From assembly GCA_018830295.1 (NCBI GenBank), contig JAHJSM010000001.1, forward strand, positions 129,980-193,979: a stretch of 64,000 nt of DNA, read 5' to 3'. Shown here one piece after another: positions 10,422 to 19,554 of the stretch. The translations under genes and the position numbers were made by a program. Positions within the stretch are counted from its first letter, which is position 1. Every line of letters begins with the position of its first letter. The notes below the pieces were generated by a model, which was not told where the DNA came from, searched no databases, and saw nothing but the letters and a program-made list of their open reading frames with translations. The DNA comes from Patescibacteria group bacterium (GTDB lineage Bacteria; Patescibacteriota; Minisyncoccia; Portnoybacterales; UBA2143).

Positions 10422-11542
10422 AACCCTATCATTTCCCCAATTATCTTCTCCTTCCCAAATCTTTCTTTGACCATTTTCCTCCCCGCCTCTCCTATTTCTC
10501 TCGCTTTTTCAGAATTGTTAAGTAAAAACAAAATCTTTTTAGCCAAAGCAACGCTGTCACCCACTGGAACTAAAAATCCATTCACGCCGTCAACAACAAT
10601 TTCTTTGGAGCCCGTCGTTGTTGTCGCAACCACTGGCAATCCGGCCGCCATCGCCTCAATCAAAACCTTGCCAAAACTTTCATTACACGAAGAAGAAACA
10701 TAAACATCGGAACTGTGGTAATAATTAATTAATTCCTTTTGGTTAATTTCTCCAACGCAAGTCAAGATTAAATTCTCGCTCTCTTTTGTTCTATCTTGAA
10801 GACAAATCCCCGCTCCGATTTGGCAAAAAGCCAAATTCCCGTATTTTTCATGAACCAAGTTAATCGTCTTGAATAAAGTCGGATAGTCCTTAGCGGAAGC
10901 ATCGCGCAGTCCAATATTGATAATTGTTTTATAATTCTTGTTTTTTAATCTTAATTCCTCCACTTTCTTCTCGTCGTCCTTTTCAAATTTTTCCAAATCA
11001 ACCGGCGTTGAAATAACTCTAATCTTATCTTTGGGAACATCCGCCCTAACTAATTTATCCTTAATCCCCGCGCTTACGACCCGAATTCCATCGGCTCCAT
11101 CAACCAAAAATTTGCTCAAAAAAAGCAAGAGCCAATTATACCAAAACAAATGCCACCATTTTTTGGGCTTGTTTAGCCAATGTTTGTTCTCCCAAAAATC
11201 GCCGTGAAAATGAATTAAAAGAGGCGTCTTAAATCTTTTCTTCAACAACCAGCCCGTCAATCCAGTTAAAAATGGGTCCTGACAAACAATCAAATCAAAT
11301 CTGTCTGGGAAATAGATATTTTTGGCAATTTGAAAAGCGTCCCAAATATAATTTAACTTAGCGGTTGAATTAGTTGGATAGACAGCCAAAGAACCGCTCG
11401 CCGCCTTTCTAAATCCTTTTTTAGAAAAAACAATAATATCCAATTTCCCCGCTCTCCGCGCATATTCCAAATGACGCTCAAAAGCGTCGCCGCTCTCGGC
11501 GCTTAACAATGTCCTGTCTGTGCTAACCATTAAAACTCTCAT
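10391..11542 (-). CDS. GT4-family glycosyltransferase
   Basis: SSSCNESFGKVLIEAMAAGLPVVAT is a canonical GT4 C-terminal motif. Confidence 0.7.
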   Translation of the reverse strand: MRVLMVSTDRTLLSAESGDAFERHLEYARRAGKLDIIVFSKKGFRKAASGSLAVYPTNSTAKLNYIWDAFQIAKNIYFPDRFDLIVCQDPFLTGLTGWLLKKRFKTPLLIHFHGDFWENKHWLNKPKKWWHLFWYNWLLLFLSKFLVDGADGIRVVSAGIKDKLVRADVPKDKIRVISTPVDLEKFEKDDEKKVEELRLKNKNYKTIINIGLRDASAKDYPTLFKTINLVHEKYGNLAFCQIGAGICLQDRTKESENLILTCVGEINQKELINYYHSSDVYVSSSCNESFGKVLIEAMAAGLPVVATTTTGSKEIVVDGVNGFLVPVGDSVALAKKILFLLNNSEKAREIGEAGRKMVKERFGKEKIIGEMIGFWKNINKKQL

Positions 11543-11750
11543 ATTTTTCTTGCGCAGGATGTCTTAGGAACCAGATATTAGTTTGTTCCTTATGTATAGT
11601 TCAAATCACACCAAAAGTTATGTCAACTGCAAAAGTATTGCTTGTTCATAATTCTTATTATCCCTATCATATCCCATCAACCATACTCGGTCAATCAAAA
11701 AATCCACTCTCAAAAGGGCGGATTTTGAAAAAATTATAACAGATTTTTAT

Positions 11751-12209
11751 TTACTTTTTGGTCTCTAATACTCTTTTCGCGCCTTCTCTTTCTTGCCTTC
11801 TTTCTCGCGAACCATACACAAAAACACCCACCAACGAACTTAAAGTAGAAAACCCTATTACACCGCTCAATACTGGATGCCCGAAAATAGCAATAGTTAC
11901 AGTGGCTAAAATTCCTGCTAATCCTATAATTAAACCAAAAACTAAACCCAATTTTGAATTTTTAATATCAGATCCGATAACCATGCTTTCTATTTCTCTC
12001 CTGTGTTTGGATTGACTCTCAGCCATGGTTAGAATTCTTTCAGCCGCTCCAGACACAATTTGATCGTATTGCTCTAAAACAACAGGTGGTGGCAAAGGTC
12101 CGCTACTGAAATGAGCTGTTGCTCGTCCAACAACAACTTGATGATTATTTAATGTCTTTGTCTTTGTTTTCTTGCTCATATTTATTAATTGACATTCTGA
12201 TATCGTCAC
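11751..12209 (-). CDS. DUF2335-like membrane protein
   Basis: PPPVVLEQYDQIVSGAAERILTMAESQSKHRRE resembles the DUF2335 N-terminal signature as I recall it. There are two C-terminal TM helices. Confidence 0.45.
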   Translation of the reverse strand: MTISECQLINMSKKTKTKTLNNHQVVVGRATAHFSSGPLPPPVVLEQYDQIVSGAAERILTMAESQSKHRREIESMVIGSDIKNSKLGLVFGLIIGLAGILATVTIAIFGHPVLSGVIGFSTLSSLVGVFVYGSRERRQEREGAKRVLETKK

Positions 12210-12372
12210 CTACTGCTATCCAGTCATTTAATAATGCTATATAATCTGCTTCATCGGCAGTCTTACTTTTATTGTAAATTTGAAGATTCGCCCCCAAATC
12301 CAAAACATGCGCTACGCCTCCAATAAAAGATGGTCTAGCGAAAAGATAAAATGTTGAACTTTTTTCATTCAT
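12145..12372 (-). CDS. Small hypothetical protein (75 aa), overlaps the start of the DUF2335 gene
   Basis: ORF only, with no recognisable motif. It overlaps the 5' end of the downstream gene in another frame. Confidence 0.25.
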   Translation of the reverse strand: MNEKSSTFYLFARPSFIGGVAHVLDLGANLQIYNKSKTADEADYIALLNDWIAVGDDIRMSINKYEQENKDKDIK

Positions 12373-12438
12373 AATAATTATTTCTATAATAGCATATTTT
12401 AACAGAAATAGACAATACCTTTTATCACATCTGACTGA

Positions 12439-13887
12439 TTAACCTCCCACAACAAAACGCCTTGCGATTTTAAATTCAATCGGCCATTTGAAAAATTTTA
12501 ACTTCCAGCGGAGTTTGCAAACGAGGATGAATAATAATTTAAGAAGCTTATTTGACTTGACTGTTGAACCGAGCGCGCTTTTGATTGAATGGGCGCCAAA
12601 TCTGACGAACGCTTCCAACGATTCCACAAAATCAGGGTCTTCCAGCCATGGAAAATTTTGAACATTCAAATAATTTAATTCATCTTTGACTCGGCTTTCC
12701 CAATCATCAAGCGACTTTGGCTCCTCCCAGCCGGCTTCCAAACATTCGCGATAAAGTTCCGAACCCGGATAAGGGCGGAACGCTTGCGGGCCAAGGATTT
12801 GAATTTTATCGCTCAATTTCGCCAATTCATCAATTAGTTTAAGCGTCTCCATCGCTTCACTCCTTGTTTCGCCCGGCAAGCCGACCATAAAAGAATACTG
12901 CGGAATGATGCCAATAGCAAGGCACATCTTCGCCGAATTAATCACATCCTCGGGCATAATATCCTTTTTAATCTTCTTCAAAATTCTCGGACAGCCCGAT
13001 TCCGCGCCAAAGGATAAAAGATAACAGCCAGATTTTTTGAGTTTGCCCAAAAAATTCTCATCAATCATTCCCTCTCTTAAGTAATTTGCCCTGACGGTCG
13101 TTTCCCAGGGAGTAATTAAATTTTTTTCTATCATGCCCTCAATAATTTTTTTCGCTCTTTCAATCTCAACAAAAAAGTTTTCATCCCAAAAACGCAATTT
13201 CTTCCCTTTAAAATACGGCTTTTCTTGAATAATTCTTAAATCCTCCAAAACCTGTTCGGCCGTTCTCGGCCGCCATTTATTTTTCAAAATCGCGTTGATG
13301 CAAAATGTGCAGCGATGAGGACACCCGCGAGAAGTTAACGAGGGGACTAAATGTAAACTGTCTAAAATCTCTTTGGGCATTAAATCCCAATTAAACAAAG
13401 GCATTTCCGCGGGATTGTGAAGCGCCTGCGGCTTGTTGATAACAACCTCGCCATTTTTCTTGTAGGCGATTCCGTCCACTTCTGACAAATCCCTCCCCTC
13501 CGCGATATGCCCCATAACCAATTCCCCTTCGCCATAGCAAACAGCGTCTATTAAGGGGTGCGCCGCCGTCTGCTCAACAAAAAAACTCGGATGGGCGCCG
13601 CCCCAAATAATTTTACAATTAGAATTTATTCTTTTTATTAAACGACTCGCCTCCAAAGCGCCCGGCGCCTGCGTCGTCATAACCGAAATCCCCGCGTAAT
13701 CGCAATTTTTAATTTCTTTCTCAACCAAATCCAAATAATTCTCCTGCCTCACGCCATCAACAATCACCACTTCTACGCCTCGACTATCCAAATATGTCCC
13801 AATACTCAAAAGCCCCACCGAAATGGAACTATCATAATTCTCCTTATTAACATTAAATGGAGGATTAATAAGTAAAACTTTTGTCAT
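12439..13887 (-). CDS. B12-binding radical SAM protein (class B radical SAM methyltransferase-like)
   Basis: N-terminal B12-binding-like domain (VLLINPP...GLLSIGTYL...VVIVD) and radical SAM triad SRGCPHRCTFC. Confidence 0.75.
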   Translation of the reverse strand: MTKVLLINPPFNVNKENYDSSISVGLLSIGTYLDSRGVEVVIVDGVRQENYLDLVEKEIKNCDYAGISVMTTQAPGALEASRLIKRINSNCKIIWGGAHPSFFVEQTAAHPLIDAVCYGEGELVMGHIAEGRDLSEVDGIAYKKNGEVVINKPQALHNPAEMPLFNWDLMPKEILDSLHLVPSLTSRGCPHRCTFCINAILKNKWRPRTAEQVLEDLRIIQEKPYFKGKKLRFWDENFFVEIERAKKIIEGMIEKNLITPWETTVRANYLREGMIDENFLGKLKKSGCYLLSFGAESGCPRILKKIKKDIMPEDVINSAKMCLAIGIIPQYSFMVGLPGETRSEAMETLKLIDELAKLSDKIQILGPQAFRPYPGSELYRECLEAGWEEPKSLDDWESRVKDELNYLNVQNFPWLEDPDFVESLEAFVRFGAHSIKSALGSTVKSNKLLKLLFILVCKLRWKLKFFKWPIEFKIARRFVVGG

Positions 13888-13968
13888 AAAAAAATATTTA
13901 TTTTATTTCGAAAATTCCCGGAAAAACTTTATGAAATAAAGTTTTGAGGATTTAATTGGAGAAATAAA

Positions 13969-15126
13969 TTAAATATTTATTGCTCCTTCAAAAACATTTA
14001 TCGTCTCCTCAACCAAATTATCCCAACTAAACCTCTTCAAATCCTCGCGCGCTTGTTTGGCTAATTTTCCCGCCAAATCTGGCTTATCCAAAATTGAAAT
14101 AATCGCTTCTAACCATTGTTTCTTATCTCTGTAATCAACCAAAAGCCCCGTCTCCCCGTTCTTAATCGTCTCTGGATTTCCGCCCGCCTTAGTCGTAATA
14201 ATGGGCGCGCCCATTTTCATCGCCTCTAAAAGCGTGTGCGACATTCCTTCGTAATTTGTGTTTAAAACAAAAACATCCGCCGCGCGCAAGTAGTCAACAA
14301 CCTCCCGCCGACCCAATTTTCCCGCAAAAAAAACGCTTTCCCGCAAACCAAGCTCCTTGCTCATTTTTTTCAAATTTTCCATTTCTGGTCCTTGCCCGAC
14401 AACAACAAATTTAATCTTTTTGTACCTTTCAACCAACTGCGGCATAATTTCAATAATCGTATCCACGCCCTTCCAAGGCGCCAGCCGGGCCACCGTCAAA
14501 ATCATTTTACCCTCATTCGGAGGTCGAACCTCCGAATTTTCTGTCGTATCTAAAAAATCAATTGAATTGTAAATAACTTTAATTTTTTCGCCAGCAACGC
14601 CAATTTGTTCAGCCAATTTTTCCAAAAAATGACTGACGACAATAACTCGGTCTGAACTCATTAATATTTTTCTTCTGATTTTCTTCCTTAATTCTATTCT
14701 CCAAGAATATTTTTTTTCCTGAAAAACCGCAATATCGTCATCGCCAATCAATCCGCGCGCTGAAGCGATTTCCCAAGCCGAATCTCCGACAAATCTATTG
14801 ACCAGCGGCTTTCTCAAAACTTTTTTAAGCGCCAAACCTGTCAATCCAGCCGTATATAAATCGTAACTATAAACAATATCCGACCTCGAAGCCAAAACAA
14901 ATCCGCTTATTAAATAAAGAAAACTTTTCAAAAAAGCGGGCCATTTATTAGAAATTCTTTTAACAAAATAAGGATACTGAACGCCATCCGCTTCGCCAAA
15001 CGACAAAACGCGAATTGTGTATCCTTTCTTAATCAACTCCCGCGCCAAAGCGTCCAGCTGCGTCGCCGGCCCCCCAATATCAGGAGGAAAAACCCCGCTC
15101 AAAATTAAAATCCTATTTTTCTTCAT
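13969..15126 (-). CDS. GT4-family glycosyltransferase
   Basis: NTNYEGMSHTLLEAMKMGAPIITT GT-B motif. Confidence 0.7.
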   Translation of the reverse strand: MKKNRILILSGVFPPDIGGPATQLDALARELIKKGYTIRVLSFGEADGVQYPYFVKRISNKWPAFLKSFLYLISGFVLASRSDIVYSYDLYTAGLTGLALKKVLRKPLVNRFVGDSAWEIASARGLIGDDDIAVFQEKKYSWRIELRKKIRRKILMSSDRVIVVSHFLEKLAEQIGVAGEKIKVIYNSIDFLDTTENSEVRPPNEGKMILTVARLAPWKGVDTIIEIMPQLVERYKKIKFVVVGQGPEMENLKKMSKELGLRESVFFAGKLGRREVVDYLRAADVFVLNTNYEGMSHTLLEAMKMGAPIITTKAGGNPETIKNGETGLLVDYRDKKQWLEAIISILDKPDLAGKLAKQAREDLKRFSWDNLVEETINVFEGAINI

Positions 15127-16237
15127 TAGTAATTTTCAAAAAAATCCGCTCCATCTCCCTACCTATTTTATCCCAATCATATTTCTCCCTAACCAATCTT
15201 AGCCCATTGTCTGTCAAAATTTTTCTTAATTCCCCATCCTCTAAAATCTTTTTAATTTTTTCGGCGATACTTTGGGGATTTTGAACTTCGCAAAATAAAC
15301 CTGTCTCGCCATCTTCCAAAAAATCGGGAATGCCGCCAACGAGCGTTCCAATTACGGGCAAACCTGAAGCCATCGCTTCCAGAAAAACATTTCCCAGTCC
15401 TTCCGACAAAGAAGGTCTGACAAAAACATCCGCCATAGAATAATATTTAGGCAAATCGCTATGGCTAATATGCCCAAGAAATAATACTTTATCTTGAAGA
15501 TTTAATTCCTCCGCCAAGTTCTTTAATTTTTTTTCATCAGGCCCTTCGCCGGCAATCAAAATCTTAAAAGGAAAATCCAAATATCGCCCCGCCCCAATCA
15601 AATCCTCAACCCCATTCTTCCCAACCAACCGCGAAACCGTCAAAATCAGTTTTTTATTATCTTTAATCTTTAATTTGTTTTTGAAATCTTTAATTGAAAA
15701 TTTAGTAATGTCCACCCCATTAGGAATCACCTCGCCCGCTTTCGCCCCCATTTTTAACGCCCAATCATACAAAAAGCCGCTAATCGCCTGAAAATAGTCC
15801 GCTCTCTGAAAAATCTGCTCAAACCATTTCTTAAAAACTCCGACTCTTCCCAAAATATACTCCGGCGTATCGCCTTCTTGTAGAGTCAAAAGCCATGGTT
15901 TGTTTGGATATTTTTTCTTAAACCGCAAACCCAAAAATCCGCCAAAGGAAGCCATAATTGACCATGTCAAATCATAATTGTTTTCCTTTTCCAATTGCTT
16001 CGCCTTCTGAAGCCCTAAAAAAGGCAAAAGATATTTATCAAAACCAAAGCCAAAACCAATCCGATAGATATTAACATTACCCACCCTCTCAAAATCAGCC
16101 AACCCGCGCTTGATTTTGGCAGTAATCATATCAAACCGCCAATCGGGCAGCCGTTTCGTAATCTCATCAACGGCCACCTCCGCCCCCCCGACCAAAGGCA
16201 AATACGCTGTGGAAAAAACAAGTATTTTCTTATTCAC
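15113..16237 (-). CDS. GT4-family glycosyltransferase
   Basis: PSLSEGLGNVFLEAMASGLPVIGT GT-B motif. Confidence 0.7.
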   Translation of the reverse strand: MNKKILVFSTAYLPLVGGAEVAVDEITKRLPDWRFDMITAKIKRGLADFERVGNVNIYRIGFGFGFDKYLLPFLGLQKAKQLEKENNYDLTWSIMASFGGFLGLRFKKKYPNKPWLLTLQEGDTPEYILGRVGVFKKWFEQIFQRADYFQAISGFLYDWALKMGAKAGEVIPNGVDITKFSIKDFKNKLKIKDNKKLILTVSRLVGKNGVEDLIGAGRYLDFPFKILIAGEGPDEKKLKNLAEELNLQDKVLFLGHISHSDLPKYYSMADVFVRPSLSEGLGNVFLEAMASGLPVIGTLVGGIPDFLEDGETGLFCEVQNPQSIAEKIKKILEDGELRKILTDNGLRLVREKYDWDKIGREMERIFLKITNEEK

Positions 16238-16354
16238 ATTTTTATGCTTGACAAGCGATTAATTTATTGATACCCTATTTAATAAGGAATTGCTTCCAAG
16301 TTGAACTGTGGCGTTTATCGTCGCGTTTCCGTAAGGAATAAACTTGGAAGTTTT

Positions 16355-16987
16355 TTATTTGGGCCAAATTTGCACATAAATTTCTCTATGAGCGACAATT
16401 TTTCTATAATCTTTAGCAAATTTTTTATTTTTCTGGATAGATCTGTTTATAACACCAGCAACATAGTCAGCCAATTGCAACAAATTATTGCTTTCCGACC
16501 TCTGCATTTTTAACTTTTTTATCAATTTTTTATCCCCTTCATTCATTCTTTTTCTTAGGTATTTTGTTAATTGCCTTCTAAAATCTAAATTGCCGCTCTT
16601 ATCAACTACAATAATAGCGTTCTCTAATTTGTCTTTCGCGTTCTGAAAAACTAATCCGCATGCGTATTTATAAAATGACTCTTTGTTGCGAAACCCATCG
16701 CCCCATAATTTTTTAGGGTCTTTGTTAATAACAACTCCATAATAAAAGAAATTATAAGGAGCAACGGCCTGTAAAAATGCTCTGCGAACTTTATCAGAAT
16801 TTCTTTTGAAGTGGAATTCGCTATTGTCAGACCATCCTAATTCTTTTTTCAAAAGAGCAATTTTTTGGTCGCAAAATAATGCTTCCTCTCTGTCTTCAAA
16901 AACAACCAAGGCAATCGTAAAAAATTTACTAGAACCTTTTTCTGTTTTCAAACCAGAATCCCCAGATTCATCAATAAAAATTAACAT
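16355..16987 (-). CDS. DUF3800 domain protein
   Basis: N-terminal MLIFIDESGDSG, the signature start of DUF3800. Confidence 0.6.
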   Translation of the reverse strand: MLIFIDESGDSGLKTEKGSSKFFTIALVVFEDREEALFCDQKIALLKKELGWSDNSEFHFKRNSDKVRRAFLQAVAPYNFFYYGVVINKDPKKLWGDGFRNKESFYKYACGLVFQNAKDKLENAIIVVDKSGNLDFRRQLTKYLRKRMNEGDKKLIKKLKMQRSESNNLLQLADYVAGVINRSIQKNKKFAKDYRKIVAHREIYVQIWPK

Positions 16988-17032
16988 CTTAAAACTTGAT
17001 TATAAACCACATTAAGTTTAATATACTATAAA

Positions 17033-18136
17033 ATGACCCAAAAATCAATTTTATACATCATCACCAAATCGGTCTGGGGCGGCGCGGCAAAATATGTCTA
17101 TGATTTAGCGACTCATCTTCCAAAAAGCGAATTTCAGATTACTGTCGCCGCGGGCGGAAAGGAAAAATTCGCCCAAAAAATAGCCCAAGCCCAAATTCCT
17201 TATATTGAAATAGCAAATTTCCAACGCCAAATTAGTTTTTTTAGAGAATTTTTCGCTTTTTTTGAAATCTTATCCCTTCTTTCCCGACTAAAACCCGATA
17301 TTATTCATGTTAACAGTTCCAAAGCGGGAGGCGTTGTCGGCGCGGCCGCCTGGTTTTATAAAATTTTCAGCCGGCGCTCGCCTCGCCTTATCTTCACCGC
17401 CCACGGATGGGCTTTTTCGGAAGACCGACCCAAAATACAAATTATTTTAATTAAAATAATTAGCAGAATAACCGCTTTGTTTTACCATCAAATAATCTGC
17501 GTTTCCGAATACGATCGCCAAACCGCCCTCAAAAACAAAATCGCCCCGGCGCGCAAACTAAAAACAATCCACAACGGAATTGATTTTGAAGCAATCTCAT
17601 TTCTCCCCCGCGAAGAAGCCCAAAGAAAACTAATCAACAAAACCTCACCCTTAGTCATCGGAACAATCGCCGAATGGACAAAAAACAAAGGGTTAAAATA
17701 CCTCTTAGAAGCGGTTAAAAAAATTAAAGATAAAGAATTTGATATAATTTTTATCGGCAGCGGAGAAAATCCCGACAAAAAACAAATCCAAGAATTAGTT
17801 GAAAAACACCCCCTCAAAAAAAATATCCACCTAATTGAATTCGTTGAAAACGCCGCCGCCTATCTCAAGGCATTTGACATTTTCGTCCTCCCCTCCCTCA
17901 AAGAAGGCCTGCCCTACACTATCTTAGAAGCCATGGCTGCTGAAGTGCCAATTATAGCCACTAATGTTGGTGGAATACCAGAAATACTTTCTTTAAATTT
18001 AATCCAACCAAAAAACAGCCAACAATTGGCTGAAAAAATTAAATACTTTATTAATAACCGCGAAAATATCAAACAAAAAATATCAAGCAAATTCTCTCTC
18101 GAAAAAATGGTCAAAGAAACAAAAGAACTTTATTAG
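17033..18136 (+). CDS. GT4-family glycosyltransferase
   Basis: PSLKEGLPYTILEAMAAEVPIIATNVGG. Divergently oriented from the DUF3800 gene. Confidence 0.7.
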   Translation: MTQKSILYIITKSVWGGAAKYVYDLATHLPKSEFQITVAAGGKEKFAQKIAQAQIPYIEIANFQRQISFFREFFAFFEILSLLSRLKPDIIHVNSSKAGGVVGAAAWFYKIFSRRSPRLIFTAHGWAFSEDRPKIQIILIKIISRITALFYHQIICVSEYDRQTALKNKIAPARKLKTIHNGIDFEAISFLPREEAQRKLINKTSPLVIGTIAEWTKNKGLKYLLEAVKKIKDKEFDIIFIGSGENPDKKQIQELVEKHPLKKNIHLIEFVENAAAYLKAFDIFVLPSLKEGLPYTILEAMAAEVPIIATNVGGIPEILSLNLIQPKNSQQLAEKIKYFINNRENIKQKISSKFSLEKMVKETKELY

Positions 18137-18145
18137 ATCTCAAAA

Positions 18146-19522
18146 ATGAAAATTATCCTCGTTTCTCCCTCATTCAATGTTCACACGATCGCGCCTCCTT
18201 TGGGGTTGGGCTACATCGCTTCAGTCCTTTTGGATAACGGCCATCAAGTTGAAATCCTGGATCCTTCAAGAAAAAAACTGTCTCTTGATGATGTCGCGGA
18301 AATTATAATCTCCGCGAACCCTGATGTCTTGGGCTTAAGCATTCTTACCTCCAGATACAACGCCAGCAAAGAATTAATCGCTAAAGTTAAAGAAAAGTCG
18401 CCTCAAATTAAAACTATTGTTGGCGGAGCCCATATTTCCGCCCTGCCCGAAATATCAGTTAAAGACATTAAAGCCGATTACGGCGCGATAGGAGAAGGAG
18501 AATATATTTTACTTGAACTTTTAGAACATCTTCAAGGAAAGAGAAAATTGGAAGATATTCTTGGTCTTGTCTATTGGCAAAACGAAATCATTAAAATCAA
18601 TCCCCGAAGACCCAATATTGAAAACTTGGATTCAATTCCCTTTCCAGCCTGGCATCTGATGGATCCCCGAGAATATCCACCTATGCCCCATCAATTCTTT
18701 TTTAAAAAGTATCCCGTGGCTCCGATCATGACCACGCGGGGTTGCCCTCATCTTTGCAGTTTTTGCGCGGCGGAATCAATTTGGGGCAGAAAATACAGAA
18801 CCAGAAGCGTTAAAAATATTGTTGATGAAATTGAACTATTAGTCACTAAATATGGCGTTAAAGAAATACATATTGAAGACGATAATTTTACTTTAATTAA
18901 AAAACACGCCTTAGATGTTTGCAACGAAATCATCAGACGAAAATTAAACATTGTCTGGAAATGCCCCAATGGCGTTCGGGCTGACAGTTTAGATGAAGAA
19001 TTGCTGGCGAAAATGAAAGAATCTGGTTGTTATCAATTGGCTTTTGGCATTGAATCGGGCAATCAAGAAATACTTAACAGCGTTAATAAGCGGCTTGATC
19101 TTAAAATCATACCGGGAGCGGTTAAAAGAGCCAAAGCGGCTGGGTTGGAAGTCCACGGGTTCTTTATGATTGGCTTTCCAGGCGAAACATACCAAACAGC
19201 CATGGACACAATCAAGTTTTCCAGATCCATCGGTCTTGATGTGGCCAATTATGCCACTTTGGCTTACTTGCCCGGGTCGGCTGTCTTTAAAGAATGGATC
19301 AAAAATAAAAAGACTGAGTCCATGGATTGGGGCAGTTTTAATTACTACACGCCCCAAGACACAGTCGGTCTTACTGCGGATCAACTTAAAAAAATTCAAA
19401 GAAAAGCCCTTCTCCGATTTTACTTCTCGCCCAAGGTCTTAATCAGCCACCTTTTGAAATTAAAACTCAAACAGATACCTTACTTGCCTCGAGCCATCTT
19501 TGATTATTTGATTGGAAATTAA
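18146..19522 (+). CDS. B12-binding radical SAM protein (class B radical SAM methyltransferase-like)
   Basis: B12-binding-like N-terminus (ILVSPS...GLGYIASVL...VEILD) and TRGCPHLCSFC. Confidence 0.75.
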   Translation: MKIILVSPSFNVHTIAPPLGLGYIASVLLDNGHQVEILDPSRKKLSLDDVAEIIISANPDVLGLSILTSRYNASKELIAKVKEKSPQIKTIVGGAHISALPEISVKDIKADYGAIGEGEYILLELLEHLQGKRKLEDILGLVYWQNEIIKINPRRPNIENLDSIPFPAWHLMDPREYPPMPHQFFFKKYPVAPIMTTRGCPHLCSFCAAESIWGRKYRTRSVKNIVDEIELLVTKYGVKEIHIEDDNFTLIKKHALDVCNEIIRRKLNIVWKCPNGVRADSLDEELLAKMKESGCYQLAFGIESGNQEILNSVNKRLDLKIIPGAVKRAKAAGLEVHGFFMIGFPGETYQTAMDTIKFSRSIGLDVANYATLAYLPGSAVFKEWIKNKKTESMDWGSFNYYTPQDTVGLTADQLKKIQRKALLRFYFSPKVLISHLLKLKLKQIPYLPRAIFDYLIGN

Positions 19523-19554
19523 AAAATTTAGCCAAACAAAAAACGCGCGACAAA

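Noticed and set aside
11690-11750. Possible terminator (AAAATCC...GGATTTT) downstream of the DUF2335 gene
   Set aside because: 7-bp AT-rich stem with a 15-nt loop and no clean T-run. It is too weak to call.
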